Shown one piece after another: positions 12,883 through 27,242 of a DNA stretch of 64,000 nucleotides (its first letter is position 1; each line of letters starts with the position of its first letter). The notes under the pieces were generated by a model. The model worked only from the letters and a program-made list of their open reading frames with translations. It did not search any database and had not been told where the DNA came from. Both the position numbers and the translations under genes were made by a program. This stretch comes from Octopus sinensis (taxonomy: Eukaryota): contig NC_043014.1 of NCBI RefSeq assembly GCF_006345805.1, positions 19,406,001 through 19,470,000 of the forward strand, written 5' to 3'.

Positions 12883-13070
12883 TGTTAGCATACCGCGCAA
12901 AATGCCTCGCGGTATTTCGCCCGTTTTTACATTCTGCGTTCAAATTCTGCCGAAGGTCAAGTTTTCCTTTCGGGGTCGATAAATTAAGCACCAGGGAAAC
13001 AGTGGGTTAATGTAATCAACTAGGCCCCTCCCACCAAATTGCATGCCTTGTACCTATAGAAGAAAGTGTT
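12883..13070 (+). mobile_element. SINE family A (Deu/Nin-domain type), decayed
   Basis: cgcggtatttcgcccg..gttcaaattctgccgaaggtcaag..cctttcggggtcgataaattaag, matching 54717-54945. Confidence 0.75.
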
Positions 13071-13189
13071 ATTTTTATTATCAATAATAATAATGATAAT
13101 AATAATAATAATGATAGTAATAATAATGATACTAATAATAATGATACTAATAATAATGATACTAATAATAATAAATGCCATGATGCCGT

Positions 13190-13570
13190 ACCATACAGTG
13201 GCTCACATGGCCTCAGATTTTAACTGATTGGCACTGTTATTTTGTGCATGCTTTGTTTTGGTATAGCAGATGGGCTACAACAAATATTATACTCAATACC
13301 ACACATCTGGATGTTTCATTCAACATCCTTAAACAACCCGTATTCAGGGACATTTTGATCGGGATAAGCTACTCAATCTGAAGAAAATTCTAACCGGGCC
13401 CTACCTGCAAGGTTGAGCGCTGTTTATCTTGATATGAGATCACCGTGTCGAGCACACATGGTTGTGATGCATGTGCCGGGTGTACCCTTATCAGACGGGT
13501 AGTTATGATGGGTATACTAGACTTTGTATACTTTAAACCAGTGTCAGTTTGATGGCATGCACTGCTCTCG
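13190..13570. repeat. Interspersed repeat, second copy at about 32690-32875
   Basis: ttcaacatcct.aaacaaccc..attcaggg..tgaagaaaa.tcta..cctgcaag..tgatatgagatca shared with 32721-32873. Confidence 0.7.
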
Positions 13571-14289
13571 CACCCAATAGTAATGATAACTACACACTTG
13601 TAGTATATGTATATATATATATATGTGTGTGTGTGTGTGGTGTGTGTGTGTGTGTGTGTCTAGATAGCCATGTATATAGATACATAAATATATATACATA
13701 CATATTCTTTTATTCTTTTACTTGTTTCAGTCAGCTAACTCTGTGGCCATACTGGAGTACCCCCATGATGTATATATATTCATGTGTTTGTGTGTGTGTA
13801 TACACACAGAATAAAGAAAAAGTGCAAAATTAGGATCAATATATGTGTGTATATGCCTGTGTGGCTATGCTTATATGTATATCTATATATATGTACGGAT
13901 GTATGTATGTATGTATATATATATATATAGCTTGAACTGGTTTAATGGCTTATAAGTGTTTACCCCACAAAATAAGGCCTTCATTGGAAGCAAAATCTAA
14001 AAGCATTTTTAAATAATTCCATACCTTGCCAGAAAAAATATCACTGAATATTTATTTGCATCCCCGTAAAGGTCATATTTCGATAAAGAGCTGCCAATAG
14101 TAACTACGAGCTTTAGAAGATTTGCCTGAATTGGGAAGCAGACAAAATCTATATCAATGATGGCTTTCTAAGAAAAAAAATTGATCGATATTTTTTAGGT
14201 TATTAGGCCAGTGGCATAGACAGTGGCTATTATGTATGACTTGCTTAGTCTTTTTAAACATCTCCATACAAATACACGCTTATGTCATT

Positions 14290-14490
14290 TAGACATAGGG
14301 GGCCGTTTTCCCCACCTGGACGGAACACCGGTCCGCTGCAGGATTGCTCATTTTCGCCCATTGAGTGGACTTTAGCAAGATGAAATGAAATATTTTTCTC
14401 AAAAACACATCATCGCCCTGACTAGGCATCGAAGCTGCAATCATACGATCATGAGTCTAACGACCTAATCACTACGTCAGTTGTCTCCAC
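14290..14490 (-). mobile_element. tRNA-derived SINE (Meta-domain-like), decayed
   Basis: Reverse complement contains cctgcagcggaccggtgttccgtccagg, resembling the domain in 29845-30138. Confidence 0.5.
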
Positions 14491-16411
14491 TGCACACACA
14501 TATACATATATAAAGCATAGGCAATCCAACAAAATGCCCTTGTTTTGTCCTGACGAACGTCGGGAAAAGTAACGAAATGTATTTTGTTCTGATTGAAATT
14601 TGCTCTTCGCAATATACCTACACTATCACGTACCAATCGCCATTTTAGTCTAATACTACTTCTATTGGATGTAACGGCTCTTTACTTAGCCGGGAGGCTA
14701 TTAGTAACACTTACGATTGTTCAGTCGCTGCTTTCCTATATCGGTGATTACACATTTCTAAATATGCAGTTGGCTGTGATTAAATGCTACTGACAACGCT
14801 AAACTAGGAAGAAATACGCATCTAACATTCTCACCAGTTGCACTTTTATTAGTCTGCGACCGAAACATATTGTGTCTTGTCGAATATAGGACATCCAACT
14901 ACAACATGTCTTTTATTGACAATAAAATGTAAGATTTGTGGAGCAAGAACATTCTGAGCTTCGGTGGAAAGGGAGCAAAGGACTACAAATGGCCGGGACC
15001 ACTACCTGTGTCCTGATTATCACGTACTGAGTGAAAGGCTAGCATTCTGATTAATGTATCTTGGTTTGGTAACTCTACCTGTGCGCACTTTATGGGAAAA
15101 CATACGGAAAGAAAATGATAACTGAAGATGCAACTAATCGGGTACATACGCACACACACAAACACCCACATATATATATATATATATGTATATGTATATG
15201 TACCCGATCTACCAAAGCGGGATACATTAGCTTATATATATATATATACACACACATGGATATATTTGTTATTGTATAACATTGTAAAGTTTGAAAATGC
15301 TAACGCAAGAAACTATCGCTCGTCGAGTCACTGTTGCTTCTGCTAAATATCAATATAAATGTATATATACTCATATTTTGAGTTCTATTTTTCTTGTTTG
15401 TATTACCTAACCTCTTCCAAAACGTTTAGATTTGGGCGAGGGAACCGGTGCTTTAGACGTGATAAGTCGTTTCGTTCAAACGGACTTTTCTTTGATACTA
15501 AACATTGAAAGGTAATTGGTTGGCATTCAGTATTTCTTTGATTCAAACTTTCTTGTTGAAGTGCTCTGTGTCAAGAACCGGAATGTGTCATGGACGACAA
15601 CGAAGACAGACAACGACGGCGACGATGATGACGACAAAGATGATGACAACGACCACGAAGAAGAAGAAGAAAGAGAGAAGACGAAAGAAGAAGGATGATG
15701 ATGATGAAGAAGAAGAAGGAATGAAGAAGAAGAAGAAGAAGAAGAGAGAGAGAAGAAGAGAAGAAGAGAAGAGAGATGAAGGAGATAAGAGAAGAGAAGA
15801 AGTAAGAGAAGAGAAAAGAAGAGATGATGATGATGATGAGAAGAAGAACGAATTAAGAACAGAGAGAACAAGAAGAAGAAGAAGAACAAGAAGAACAGAA
15901 GAAGCCATTCTAACTGTTTCCCATATAGAAGATAGCGGTTAAAATTTCTATCTTCTTACACAGCTAAGACCAAACACAACGATAAAAGTTGCCAATAAAA
16001 TTGTATTTTAATGACGGCATTCTTGAAAATGAACAAATATATACAGGCAAAAAAGACAACAAAAAGAAACACTATTAAAATGACGTTGGCTGGACAGAAT
16101 ATAGACATCAATATATTAAAGGTTTATTTACTGACATATTGAAAGCTCCATCCTCGGGCTTTCATTATTTGTTTTTTATTTTAGTTTTTTTGTGACAACA
16201 TAAATATAACAGCAATAACACAGATATTAGTAATAACAGTTTGAAATTTCGACACAATTTCAGCAGGTTCAGGGGAAGATGTTTAGTTGATTATATCCAC
16301 TCCAGTAGTTGACTGGTACTGATTTTATCTACTCAAAAGAATGGAATGCAAATTTTGTGTAAGGACAAAATGTTTCGTAATAGCGTAAAAATGCCATGTC
16401 AGCTTGTTCAA

Positions 16412-16463
<52 letters not shown>

Positions 16464-17441
16464 ATATATATATTATGTATATAATATATATATATATATA
16501 TATATACATTATATATATATATACTATTTGGTGTGTATATATATATATATGTATCTCTTATTATAAAAGGCAGATTTTATCTGCCTCCCTTTGGGAGTTA
16601 TACAAATCTACAATATAGGATTTCTTCAAATACAATTTACCTAGCATTTTTGAGAGTACAATGCATCGCGTCATGCCAGGTCCAGTTTTTAAAATTTAAA
16701 CTCCAATTAAGCAAAGTTTACAGAAAACTCACATTCTGGTGTGTGTGTCAAATGCTTTTCTTAGTCTGGTTTACACCACACGCAAACGCACACACACAGT
16801 GTGCAACGAATAAAGTGAAACTAGATGTAATATTTGTTTCTGTCTATGACGCTGATAGATACATGAGTAAAATGTATGGGAAGCTAACACATAAGAGTGA
16901 GTGAAAATGTTCTTGGAAGAGAGTAAATAGCGACAGAGAGTGATTTGAGGAAGACTTTACATTAAATAACCGTAGTGGCTTGTGTTAGTAATAAAGTAAA
17001 CATACACTCATACATACATACATACATACATTACATACATACATACATACATACATAATACATACATACATACATACATACACATACACACAATACACAC
17101 ACACACACATACATACACAAACCATACATACAAACACACATACATACATACACACATACATACATACATACATACATATACATACATACACACACACCCC
17201 ACACACACACAACAGTATTGAAGCTTGAGAACAATCAGATACATTTGCAACACATCTGTTGAAAATATTATTGTTCACACACATACATATACATATATAC
17301 ATACAGACAGACAGACAGATAGACACACACACACACACACACACACATGATCCAGCATGGCCACAACCTCAAGGCTGAAACATATAAAAGAATAACAGAA
17401 TATAAATGTGTGCATGTGTGTGAGAGAGAGAGAGTGTGTGG

Positions 17442-17477
<36 letters not shown>

Positions 17478-17699
17478 TGTATGTAGTATGTTAGTATGTA
17501 TGTATGTATATATATATAATAATGCGGTTTTTTCAACAGCTTGAACTAAAAGTCAGAGGGGAATGGGATAAACCACTTATATTAACTTGCTATAAAAGCA
17601 GGTAGTAATTTTATCTTGTCCTTATTCATAGTGCAAGTTTTGAAGAGCGCATTTCGATTTTAACAGCTATTTTTTTCAAAGCTATATTGGAAGTTACAA

Positions 17700-18110
17700 G
17701 GAGCATATTTGGCATATTTTGCTTTATGAGTTCAATAAAGACAACAACGCAACGGAAAGTACAAGAAATATTAATGCAGTATATGGGGATTGGACAATAA
17801 GCGTAAGGCAGTGTCATGGTGGTTCCAGAAATTCCGAGCCATAAACTACATCCTAGAAGACGAGCCTCATCCTGAAAGATCTGTAGAACTCGACAAGGAC
17901 ATCCTGAAAACCCTGGTGGAACAAAATCTCATCGTAACTGTTGAGGAACTAGCAGAGAAGCTTGGATTTGGTCATTCAACCATTCATTGAGACCTGTGTG
18001 CTATCGAAAAAAGTCATGAAATTGGGTCAATGGGTCCCTCACGAACTTTCCGAGTCTAATTGCATGCAGAGAGTGAATGTATGCTTTTCTTTGCTGTCAC
18101 ATCTCACCAC
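17700..18110 (+). pseudogene. mariner transposase fragment (N-terminal HTH to WVPHEL)
   Basis: WWFQKFR..LEDEPHPERSVELDKDILKTLVEQN..TVEELAEKLG..STIH, then frameshifted KLGQWVPHELSE. Confidence 0.9.
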
Positions 18111-18126
18111 TACTGCGCTATGTATA

Positions 18127-18764
18127 TCTATATATATAAAACTGTAGTTGTGTGAGTGTCTGTCCCCTTCGATTTAGATTCCTAACTACTCCCACATTTT
18201 GCGGTGCAGTTTAACCAAATTCGGGTAGCTTATAGTCGTGATTCATATCGAGCCCGTCTGTGTATTAGCGCGCGTCTACGATGAGTCTACGATTTTAAAA
18301 ATAATTTAACATAATTTTTTATTTCATTTTAATGCATAACTTTTCGTGTGTCGATGGCGGCGGAGTTGGCGTCCACGCTCACACCTGCACCTGTGGGGAA
18401 GGGAGTGTAAGGAAATCAACGTCGTAATGCGTTGTCAAGGAGACCAGCGTTCTTTTAGAACAACGACTTCATGGCTTGAAGACACCAAAACAGAAATGGC
18501 TAAGAAAGCGTCTACATGAGTCTACGATTTAAAAAAAAAATTACCATCGTTTTTTTTTCCATTTTAATGCATTTTTTCGCTATTATATAAGGGAAGTAAC
18601 TCTCTAAAAATGTCTACGATGAGTCAACGATTTAAAAAAAAAATTACCATCATATTATTTCCATTTTTAATGCATTTTTGGCTATTTTTTTGCTATAACT
18701 CTCTAAAAATGCTTATATAGTTATTTCCCTTACAAACCCGAGCAACGCCGGGCGATACTGCTAG
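18127..18764 (+). mobile_element. Non-autonomous Helitron
   Basis: A|TCtatatatataaaa 5' end; subterminal hairpin cccg-agcaacgc-cggg; 3' CTAG|T; no TSD; internal tctacgatgagtctacgatttaaaa repeats. Confidence 0.8.
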
Positions 18765-19395
18765 TATATATATATATATGTACGTATATATATATATATA
18801 TGTGTGTATATATATATATATATATGTATACACACACTCACACACATATATAATATATAGTGTGTGTGTATGAACACACTCTATGATACGTTGGCTTATG
18901 TAGAACGAATGAAAGAGGAGTGTCAGTATATAGTTTAGATGATTCATTTTATTGAAATTCGAGCAGTTTGTCTTAGGACTCAAGATTCAGTTTCAGTAAT
19001 AGACACACAGTCACACACATACGTATATATACATACATAAATACATATGTACATACTTTTATACATGTACATTTGTGTGTGTACGTGTGTGTCTGTGTGT
19101 TCTTTTCTTAACAGTCGTTTATTTCGAGTTTCTTGCATACACATGCTAACATTTCACTTTCAAACGAGTTTACTGTTAATCATTCGTTAAAATCGATGCA
19201 ATTTCAAATTCAGTTATTGAAATAAGTGATAAATAAATAAAAACATAATGAAAGTTGACTAAAGCATTTGCTTGAGTGGGGATCAAGCAGAATATGGGGT
19301 TAAAGTAGCTGTAATTGAGACGGAATTAACAAGGAATAGCAGGATCTTAGTTTTTCTTAATATTTGGGAACCCATGTGTTTAGGAGATGGAATTA

Positions 19396-19428
<33 letters not shown>

Positions 19429-20784
19429 AAGAGACAGTGAGTGAGTGAGTGAGTGAGTGGAGTGAGTGAGTGATGAGTGAGCTAGTGAGCGAGTGAGTGA
19501 GTGAGTGAGCGAGCGAGCGAGCGAGTGAGTGAGTGAGTGAGACACAGCTAGAGACAAATTAAGTGATACAGAGAGTGTGATGGGAAGTGAGAAAGAAACA
19601 GAGAAGACAAAACTGAAGAAAAACAAGAAATATAAGGGAACGAAATGTCCAAGAAAGGGTTAAAATAGTGGAAGAATATTTCATCCTTTTTTCTCATTTC
19701 ACATTTATATTTCCATTAGACTTGGGAATTTACTTGATTTTAGGAAGCGCTTCTTTCATTCATCCAAATCCAGTTTGTATTTCTTCATTATATTTTTACA
19801 TTAATTTCCCCATAGCAAACTCGTTAAATTACTGGACAGGTTACGAAACTGTATTTGTCCTCGAGTTTTTTAGATCTGAGCTTGGATGAGACCCTTGATA
19901 AGAATAATATATTTTTTCATCATATGATTTAGGCTATAAATGTTTTGATAAGATGGTTTGGTCAATGTCAACAACCAGCTGTTGTCTGGTCCTAGTGATG
20001 GTGGAAATGATGATTAGAAAGAGAAGAAAAGGAAAAAAATGATAATGTGGATTTTCATGAGGAGAAGAAGAAGAAGAAGAAGAAGAAGAAGAAGAAGAAG
20101 AAAAGAAGCTTTTTTAAAAGATGTATTTGCAATGTTATTTGTTGATTCCATAAGTAAAATGAAAAGAAAGAATCGTCAGTAAAAGAGTAAAAAGTCGATA
20201 GAATTTTAGAATCTTAGCCAAAAATCAATATATTTATTAATTATTTATAAACAACACTGTATATTGAATAATCTGAAGTTTTTAATGTACGTATATTGAC
20301 AATATATTTTGTAATTATAAGCCATGCAGCAAGAAGTAAACAAATGTGAACGCATTTTTATAACTCTCGATTAAAAGGAAAATATTTATATTCTTACGTT
20401 TTCTTTATCTCTGTCTGAAAATTCATCGGGGAATTATTGCTCACAATTTTCCGTCCACGGAGAAATTTATTACCTATTGATATTTGTATCGAGCGCAAAA
20501 CAGTTCCCAGATGAAATGGCTTAATTTGCAAAAATTTTAGTTATGTTTGCATGAGAAATTGTAGCTTATCTGATATATATATACATATATATATATAATA
20601 TATATATATAGTATATATATATATATATTATATATATATATCTGTGTGTTATGTAAGTATGCATATATATGCACATACATATATATATATATATATATTA
20701 TATATACATATATATATTATATATATATATATATGTATGTATATATATATACATATATATATATATATTATATATATAATATAA

Positions 20785-20820
<36 letters not shown>

Positions 20821-20861
20821 TATATATATATAGATAATATAATATATGTATATATATATAA

Positions 20862-20924
<63 letters not shown>

Positions 20925-20970
20925 GAATTATTAAGCAGATCAGAACGCGTATATATATATATATATATAT

Positions 20971-22748
20971 GTTAATAAAATAGAACATATGCATATATAT
21001 AAACATATATGTACGTACCTCCCTCTACATGTACATATACACGCATAAATGTGTACAGGACACCAAAAAGACGACGTCGAACACATAGAGAGACGAAAAA
21101 CATAGACACAAACCAAGGAACAAGACAAGCAAAAAAAGGAGATACAGGACAATAACACAACGAAAAATCCCCTTCTTCAGTCGCTAAGGTTTCATCTACT
21201 AAACGTTTCGAAGGATAAAAGCGAGACGTATACTTCGAAGAAAACTTCCCTCCCGCGAAAAGCAAATCAATTAAAATTCTGAGATCTTTTCGCAGAGGGG
21301 TAAAAAAAAGCAAGACGGTAACGACAGTACAAACATATAAACAGTAAAAAATATATATATAAACAGTGGAAATAAATATATAACAGTGAGAGAAGGGACG
21401 GGAACAAGATAAGAAGGGCTGTTATCGCCAGACGAAAAAAGTATTGCAAACGCTGGATTAAAGTGGACGACGAGAGAGAAAAAATGTCGACCAGTAGCCT
21501 TAGAAGGGGGCGAGAAAAGACAGGATAGCAGTTACGACGGAAGTATCGTCGCAGATGGACGACGGGAATGGGGGAGGAGGAGCAAGAGGAAGAGAGAGAA
21601 GAAGGGGAATGGTGCGAGGAGACCATGAAGAATGGTGAAAGGGGGAGAGAGAATGAAGAATGAGAGAGAGAGGAAGAGACAAGTTAAGTGAGGGAAAAAG
21701 ACGAAAAAGGGAATGGGAGAGAAAGAAAGAAAGATGCAGAGTCGCGTGAGAGTTAATATCAAGGCTAACTTGATAAACAGAACAATCTTACTTAATAGGG
21801 TGCGTGCGTTTAGTCGTATAATATGTTAATAAAATAGAACATATGCATATATATAAACATATATGTACGTACCTACCTCTACATGTACATATACACGCAT
21901 ATATGTGTACAGGACACCAAAAAGACGTCGAACACATAGAGAGACGAAAAACATAGACACAAACCAAGGAACAAGACAAGCAAAAAAGAGAATACAGGAC
22001 AATAAGCACAACGAAAATCCCTTCTTCAGTCGCTAAGGTTTCATCTACTAAACGTTTCGAAGGATAAAAGCGAGACGTATACTTCGAAGAAAACTTCCCT
22101 CCGCGAAAAGCAAATCAATTAAAATTCTGAGATCTTTTCGCAGAGGGGAAAAAAAGCAAGAGGACGTAACGACAGTACAAACATATAAACAGTAAAAATA
22201 TATATATAAACAGTGGAAAATAAATATATAACAGTGAGAGACAGGACAGGGAGAACAAGATAAGAAGGGCTGTTATCGCCAGACGAAAAAAGTATTGCAA
22301 ACGCTGATTAAAGTGACGACGAGAGAGAAAAAATGTCGACCAGTAGCCTTAGAAGGCGGGCGAGAAAAGACAGGATAGCAGTTACGACGGAAGTATCGTC
22401 GCAGATGGACGACGGGAATGGGGGAGGAGGAGCAAGAGGAAGAGAGAGAAGAAGGGGAATGGTGCGAGGAACCATGAAGAATGGTGAAAGGGAGAGAGAG
22501 AATGAAGAATGAGAGAGAGAGGAAGAGACACAAGTTAGTGAGGGAAAAAGACGAAAGGGAATTGGGAGAGAAAGAAAGAAAGATGCAGAGTCGCGTGAGA
22601 GTTATATCAAGGCTAACTTGATAAACAGAACAATCTTACTTAATAGGGTGCGTGCGTTTAGTCGTATAATATGTTAATAAAATAGAACATATGCATATAT
22701 ATAAACATATATGTACGTACCTACCTCTACATGTACATATACACGCAT
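20971..22748 (-). mobile_element. Tandem ~850-bp repeat (2 copies plus a partial third), PLE pseudo-LTR-like
   Basis: Units start at 20971, 21825 and 22673 (gttaataaaatagaacatatgc). Each full unit carries CTGAAGA and GAAA motifs on the minus strand. A 28-bp inverted repeat flanks the block (20923-20950 / 22763-22791). Confidence 0.7.
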
Positions 22749-23699
22749 ATATATATATATATACGCGTTCTGATCTGCTTAAATAATTCATTAAGCACAT
22801 TGTCAATGAACGCACGGTCATGCAAATTAGACGAGACATTACAGTTGATACTTGGTTCGTGTTTAATATAGTTACTTAGCAGTTCGGCAAAAGAGACCGA
22901 TAGAATAAGTACTGGGCTTAGAAAAGAATAAGAACAAGTCCCGGGGTCGAGTTGCTCGATTAAAAGGCGGTGCTCCAGCATGGCCACAGTCAAATGAATG
23001 AAACAATTAAAAGAGTAAAAGAGTAAAAGAGTATTAATATCTCCGTGGACAGAAAATTATGTTGGTTGTGTTATGATAAATTTCTGTTTCAAGAAATCCA
23101 GTTTTTAATTTTTACTACATTTCTCAGTGTTGTTTGTAATTTAAAAGAATTAAAATGGGGATGTACATAAAAATATTCAGACATCCACTTATTACATTTT
23201 AAAATGTTCGATGAAATAACGGCCACCTAATAAATCAAAAATAATGTAGAAACTAGACTAAACCACTTCGATTTTGTACTTGGTTTGCAAGCTAGATGAT
23301 TGGAACTAAAATAATGCATTCAAAGAGATTTTGTTGTATTTTGAGAGGGTCATTATACCAGTAAGAAGCACATACTGGTTTTATTAATTTATTTTATCAT
23401 TATTATTAGTCAACTAGTTAACTCCAGCTAGATTCATCAGAGTTTTTTGTTACCGTTCGCTAACTCATAAATGACATGACCAAAAGTAGCGAAGATATGT
23501 CACAGATGAGGTTGCGAACAGCTGTTCTTGCTGGTTTTTCCTGTTTAGTTATTGAAGGCAGAATAGCATTGTGCAACCTATATTTCGATACACATGTACA
23601 TATTGTACAATACGTATAATTCACAATTGTTAAGCACTAAAATCGCGTTAAACACTATAATCACCTGTAATGAGTTCATAGACATTCACATCGTACACT

Positions 23700-23990
23700 T
23701 CCCTCTTCGCACATTTCTAAATCGGAGCAATTAAAGACGTGAACAAAAGAGTTTCCTGTAACAAAGTTCCGTACCACAACTCATCCATCAGTGTCCGAAA
23801 AATCTCATATCTCCAACAATTGTTTGACCATATGTCTTTCAGCAGCCAGGATATACACATCTCACTTCACCGTTCACAAATGGTCATTGCTCGCAATCAC
23901 TTCAACATGGGTAGCTTTCAATTCATCTTAGTTTGATGTCATTGGTGTGGAAACGAAATCATTTACAATCCTCAAATTGTTAAACCTCTT
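23700..23990 (-). pseudogene. Possible decayed piggyBac-like transposase fragment
   Basis: Minus strand gives LKDIWSNNCWRYEIFRTLM, loosely like the DLW..G..IFRATM segment of piggyBac transposases. Weak. Confidence 0.25.
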
Positions 23991-24351
23991 ATGATGTTCG
24001 TTGCCTAAATTGTTTTGAATTATTTATAAGCGTAAAATTCCGTTCATTGAAGTACCTCTAATGATTTTTACGAGAAACATGTGCATTACGAGACCTCTTA
24101 AATATTTGGCTTTTCCCTTTGTCAATTTTAGTTTTCTATTACGACAGAAACACGTCAATATATTTCTTGTGCGCTACCCAATGTCCCGAAAAGATTGCTA
24201 ATATACATACCTGTAAGCTTTTTCACACATGTATACACAAGCGCGCGCACACACATACACACACACACACACACCATATATATATACAACAATGTATATA
24301 TACATATATGTATATATACATATATATATACATATTTATACATAATGCATC

Positions 24352-24385
<34 letters not shown>

Positions 24386-24864
24386 TATTATATATATATA
24401 TATATATGCATTATGTATAAATATGTATATATATATGTATTTAATATATCTCTATATATTATAACTATCTATCCATTTATTTATGTATGTGTATATATAT
24501 GTGTATATATATATATATATGTGTGTATGTGTGTATGTGTGTACATACATATGCATGCATACACACACCCATACATGCATGTATGCATACATATGTGCTA
24601 TCTCAATTATGGAGGGATATAATGTCGAACAGTCAAAGGATTTTAATACTGATCATAAACAAACCTAGAGAAATAAAGTAATATTATTCATTCCGTTGCT
24701 TTTTCGATTCGACAAATGCACGACTGTGACATTAGCAACAAAACCACTACAAAACCCCTACAAGACCATCAATATCGACAGCAATGATGGTGACGACAGT
24801 AATGATACTATTAACAATGCTTCTAATAATAATACTATCAACCAAGCAGTAGTAGCAATTTTTT

Positions 24865-25600
24865 TTTTTTCGGCACAAAACCACCAATTTTGAAGGGAGA
24901 TATATATCGTTTACATCGATTTCACTACTTGATTGGTATTTCTTTTATCGACCCCAAAGGATGATGGACAAAGTCGACCACGGCGGATTAAGATTTCAGA
25001 ACGTAAAGAACCAGAAGACATGCCACTAAAAATCTACCAATAACTCTTTTTACAGCAATTTGAAAACCGAAAGAAAAAAAAACACGGTAAAAGTAGACTG
25101 GTACTCATTTTATTGTACCCGAGAGGTCGAGAGGCAAGGTTGACCTCAGCCGAATATTTCGATATTTGAACTAAGAACGTAAAAAGCCGGAAGAAATGCC
25201 GCTAAAAATTTTATCTGGTTTGCTAATGAACTTGTTAGCTTCCAGCATTAATCATCATCATCATCATCAATTTATGTAACGGGGTTAGCCAATAACCTCG
25301 ATCAGAGGATTCAGCCTGAAACGAATCAGAACAATCCCATATCTTTATGCATGCGGGATGCACTGCGAGAGATATAAAAACCATTGACTATTTTCACAGT
25401 TTGCCTAGTAATTTGAAAACAGAAAAAAAAAAATGGAAAATAGAAAAAAAATAGGTACATATTTTATCGTTCTGAAGAGGACGAGAAGCAAAGTTGACCT
25501 CCTCGGTATATCTCGATATTACAAGTAATCCTCGAAAGACAAATCACTAAGGATTTCATCCTCCGTCGTGCAAACGATTTTAACAGCTCGCTGCCCTACT
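24865..25600 (-). mobile_element. Cluster of three decayed SINE family A copies
   Basis: Repeated aaagtcgacc/aggttgacctc..agaacgtaaa..gaaatgccgctaa motifs, reverse of 54717-54945. Confidence 0.65.
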
Positions 25601-25694
25601 ACTACACTTCCTCCTCCTCCTCCTCCTTCTCCTCCTTCTCCTCCTTCTCCTCCTTCTCCTCCTTCTCCTCTTCTCCTCCTCCTCCGCCTGTTCA

Positions 25695-25733
<39 letters not shown>

Positions 25734-25755
25734 CTAATAATAATAATAATAATAA

Positions 25756-25786
<31 letters not shown>

Positions 25787-26471
25787 AAGAATTGGGAGGA
25801 AGATGGAAAGGAGGTGTAGATGGTGTTGTTAGAGGTGTAGACAGTGAAGTAGGACGAGGAGGACAGTACCAATAATGTTTCCTAATTCGGATCCACATAC
25901 ATTCAAAAATTCCGATATCACCAAATCTAACATACATCATTAACATCAATTAACACATATTTATACAAAGTTGACAAATTAAAGTGAAACTCATAGAACC
26001 AGAAGCTACGTTCTTCGTTATACTACCATTTTGTGAATATGTGTGCAAGTTAGCCACTGAGATTATAGACAAGTATGGCTTGTATGTGTGAGGTGCATTC
26101 GTTATTTGTGATCATTCGAATGTTGCAATCTTCGATATCCGAGTGAAGGATTTGGTTCTAATTAACGGTTTCCTTCGAAGCATAAGAATTAAGTAACGTG
26201 AAACATATCAGAGATCAGTTACGGCGTCGTAATTCTCACTGTAAGGATAATGATAATCACACCTTTGCTTGTTTGATGACGTATGCTTTTTAGTATCAAT
26301 GTATGATGTATGTGCATCTATGTGCCTGCAAATATATATATATATACACATATATAAGTGTGGCTATAAGTATCTGTTTGTCCCAGTGAACTTGCGTATT
26401 TCCTCAATCCTGCTCAAAAATGTACGTGTATATATATTTATCTCTCACTCTCTATTTCCCCTATCTATCTA

Positions 26472-26547
<76 letters not shown>

Positions 26548-27202
26548 CGGTATATACTCATACATGTTTGTATGTTACTACTACCTCCGACGCCATTTAA
26601 CGCACAGTGTTTTCATCTATTCTCACAAAGCCATGTTCGTTTTTATCCATATTTTCAAATAGGCCAAACCGATTAAATATGCCTTTCTTTTTATGCGAAA
26701 CTACTTGTCTCATTCATAGTAGCCTTTACAGCTTCCTTCCCGTATAAATCTTCAGTCTATATTACTCTCCATAATAAAAAGCATTCCCATTCTTAGATCA
26801 CCTATGTTAAATCTTTAATGAAATTCAGTTTCTTAAGCACCACAATATTTCATAAAAACTCCATAAATTTTTCAAGTGTGTATCCATTCAATGATAAATT
26901 TCTTCTTGTTTGGTTTAACTATTTTGTCAAACCTCTCGACAATTCAGGTGTTTTTTATCTTTAATTACTAAATAAAACAATATCATAATATAAAGCTATC
27001 AAATATTTTCCACGAATTTATTCAATTCTACTCTCAACTACAACATCATCTGAGAGCTGACTGTCTACACTTATTCAACATACTTTGATATACCTTCCGG
27101 CAAACATTATCTATAATATGAAAGGCCTATTCAAAATCTACAAAAGCCATTATCAAAGACTGTCTGCCTTCAAATCATAGTTGTATTACGTACATCAGCA
27201 TT

Positions 27203-27242
<40 letters not shown>

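Noticed and set aside
14549-14585. CTGACGA..GAAAtgTA motif
   Set aside because: No stem I pairing and only a 2-bp stem II.
15505-15942. Long low-complexity ORFs (poly-K/E/R/S/L, YI, CV, HT repeats) here and throughout the window
   Set aside because: They are translations of microsatellites, with no domain content or splice support.
25519-25949. Proline/serine-rich ORFs
   Set aside because: Made of a decayed SINE plus (CCT)n, (ACT)n, (AAT)n and (AAG)n tracts.
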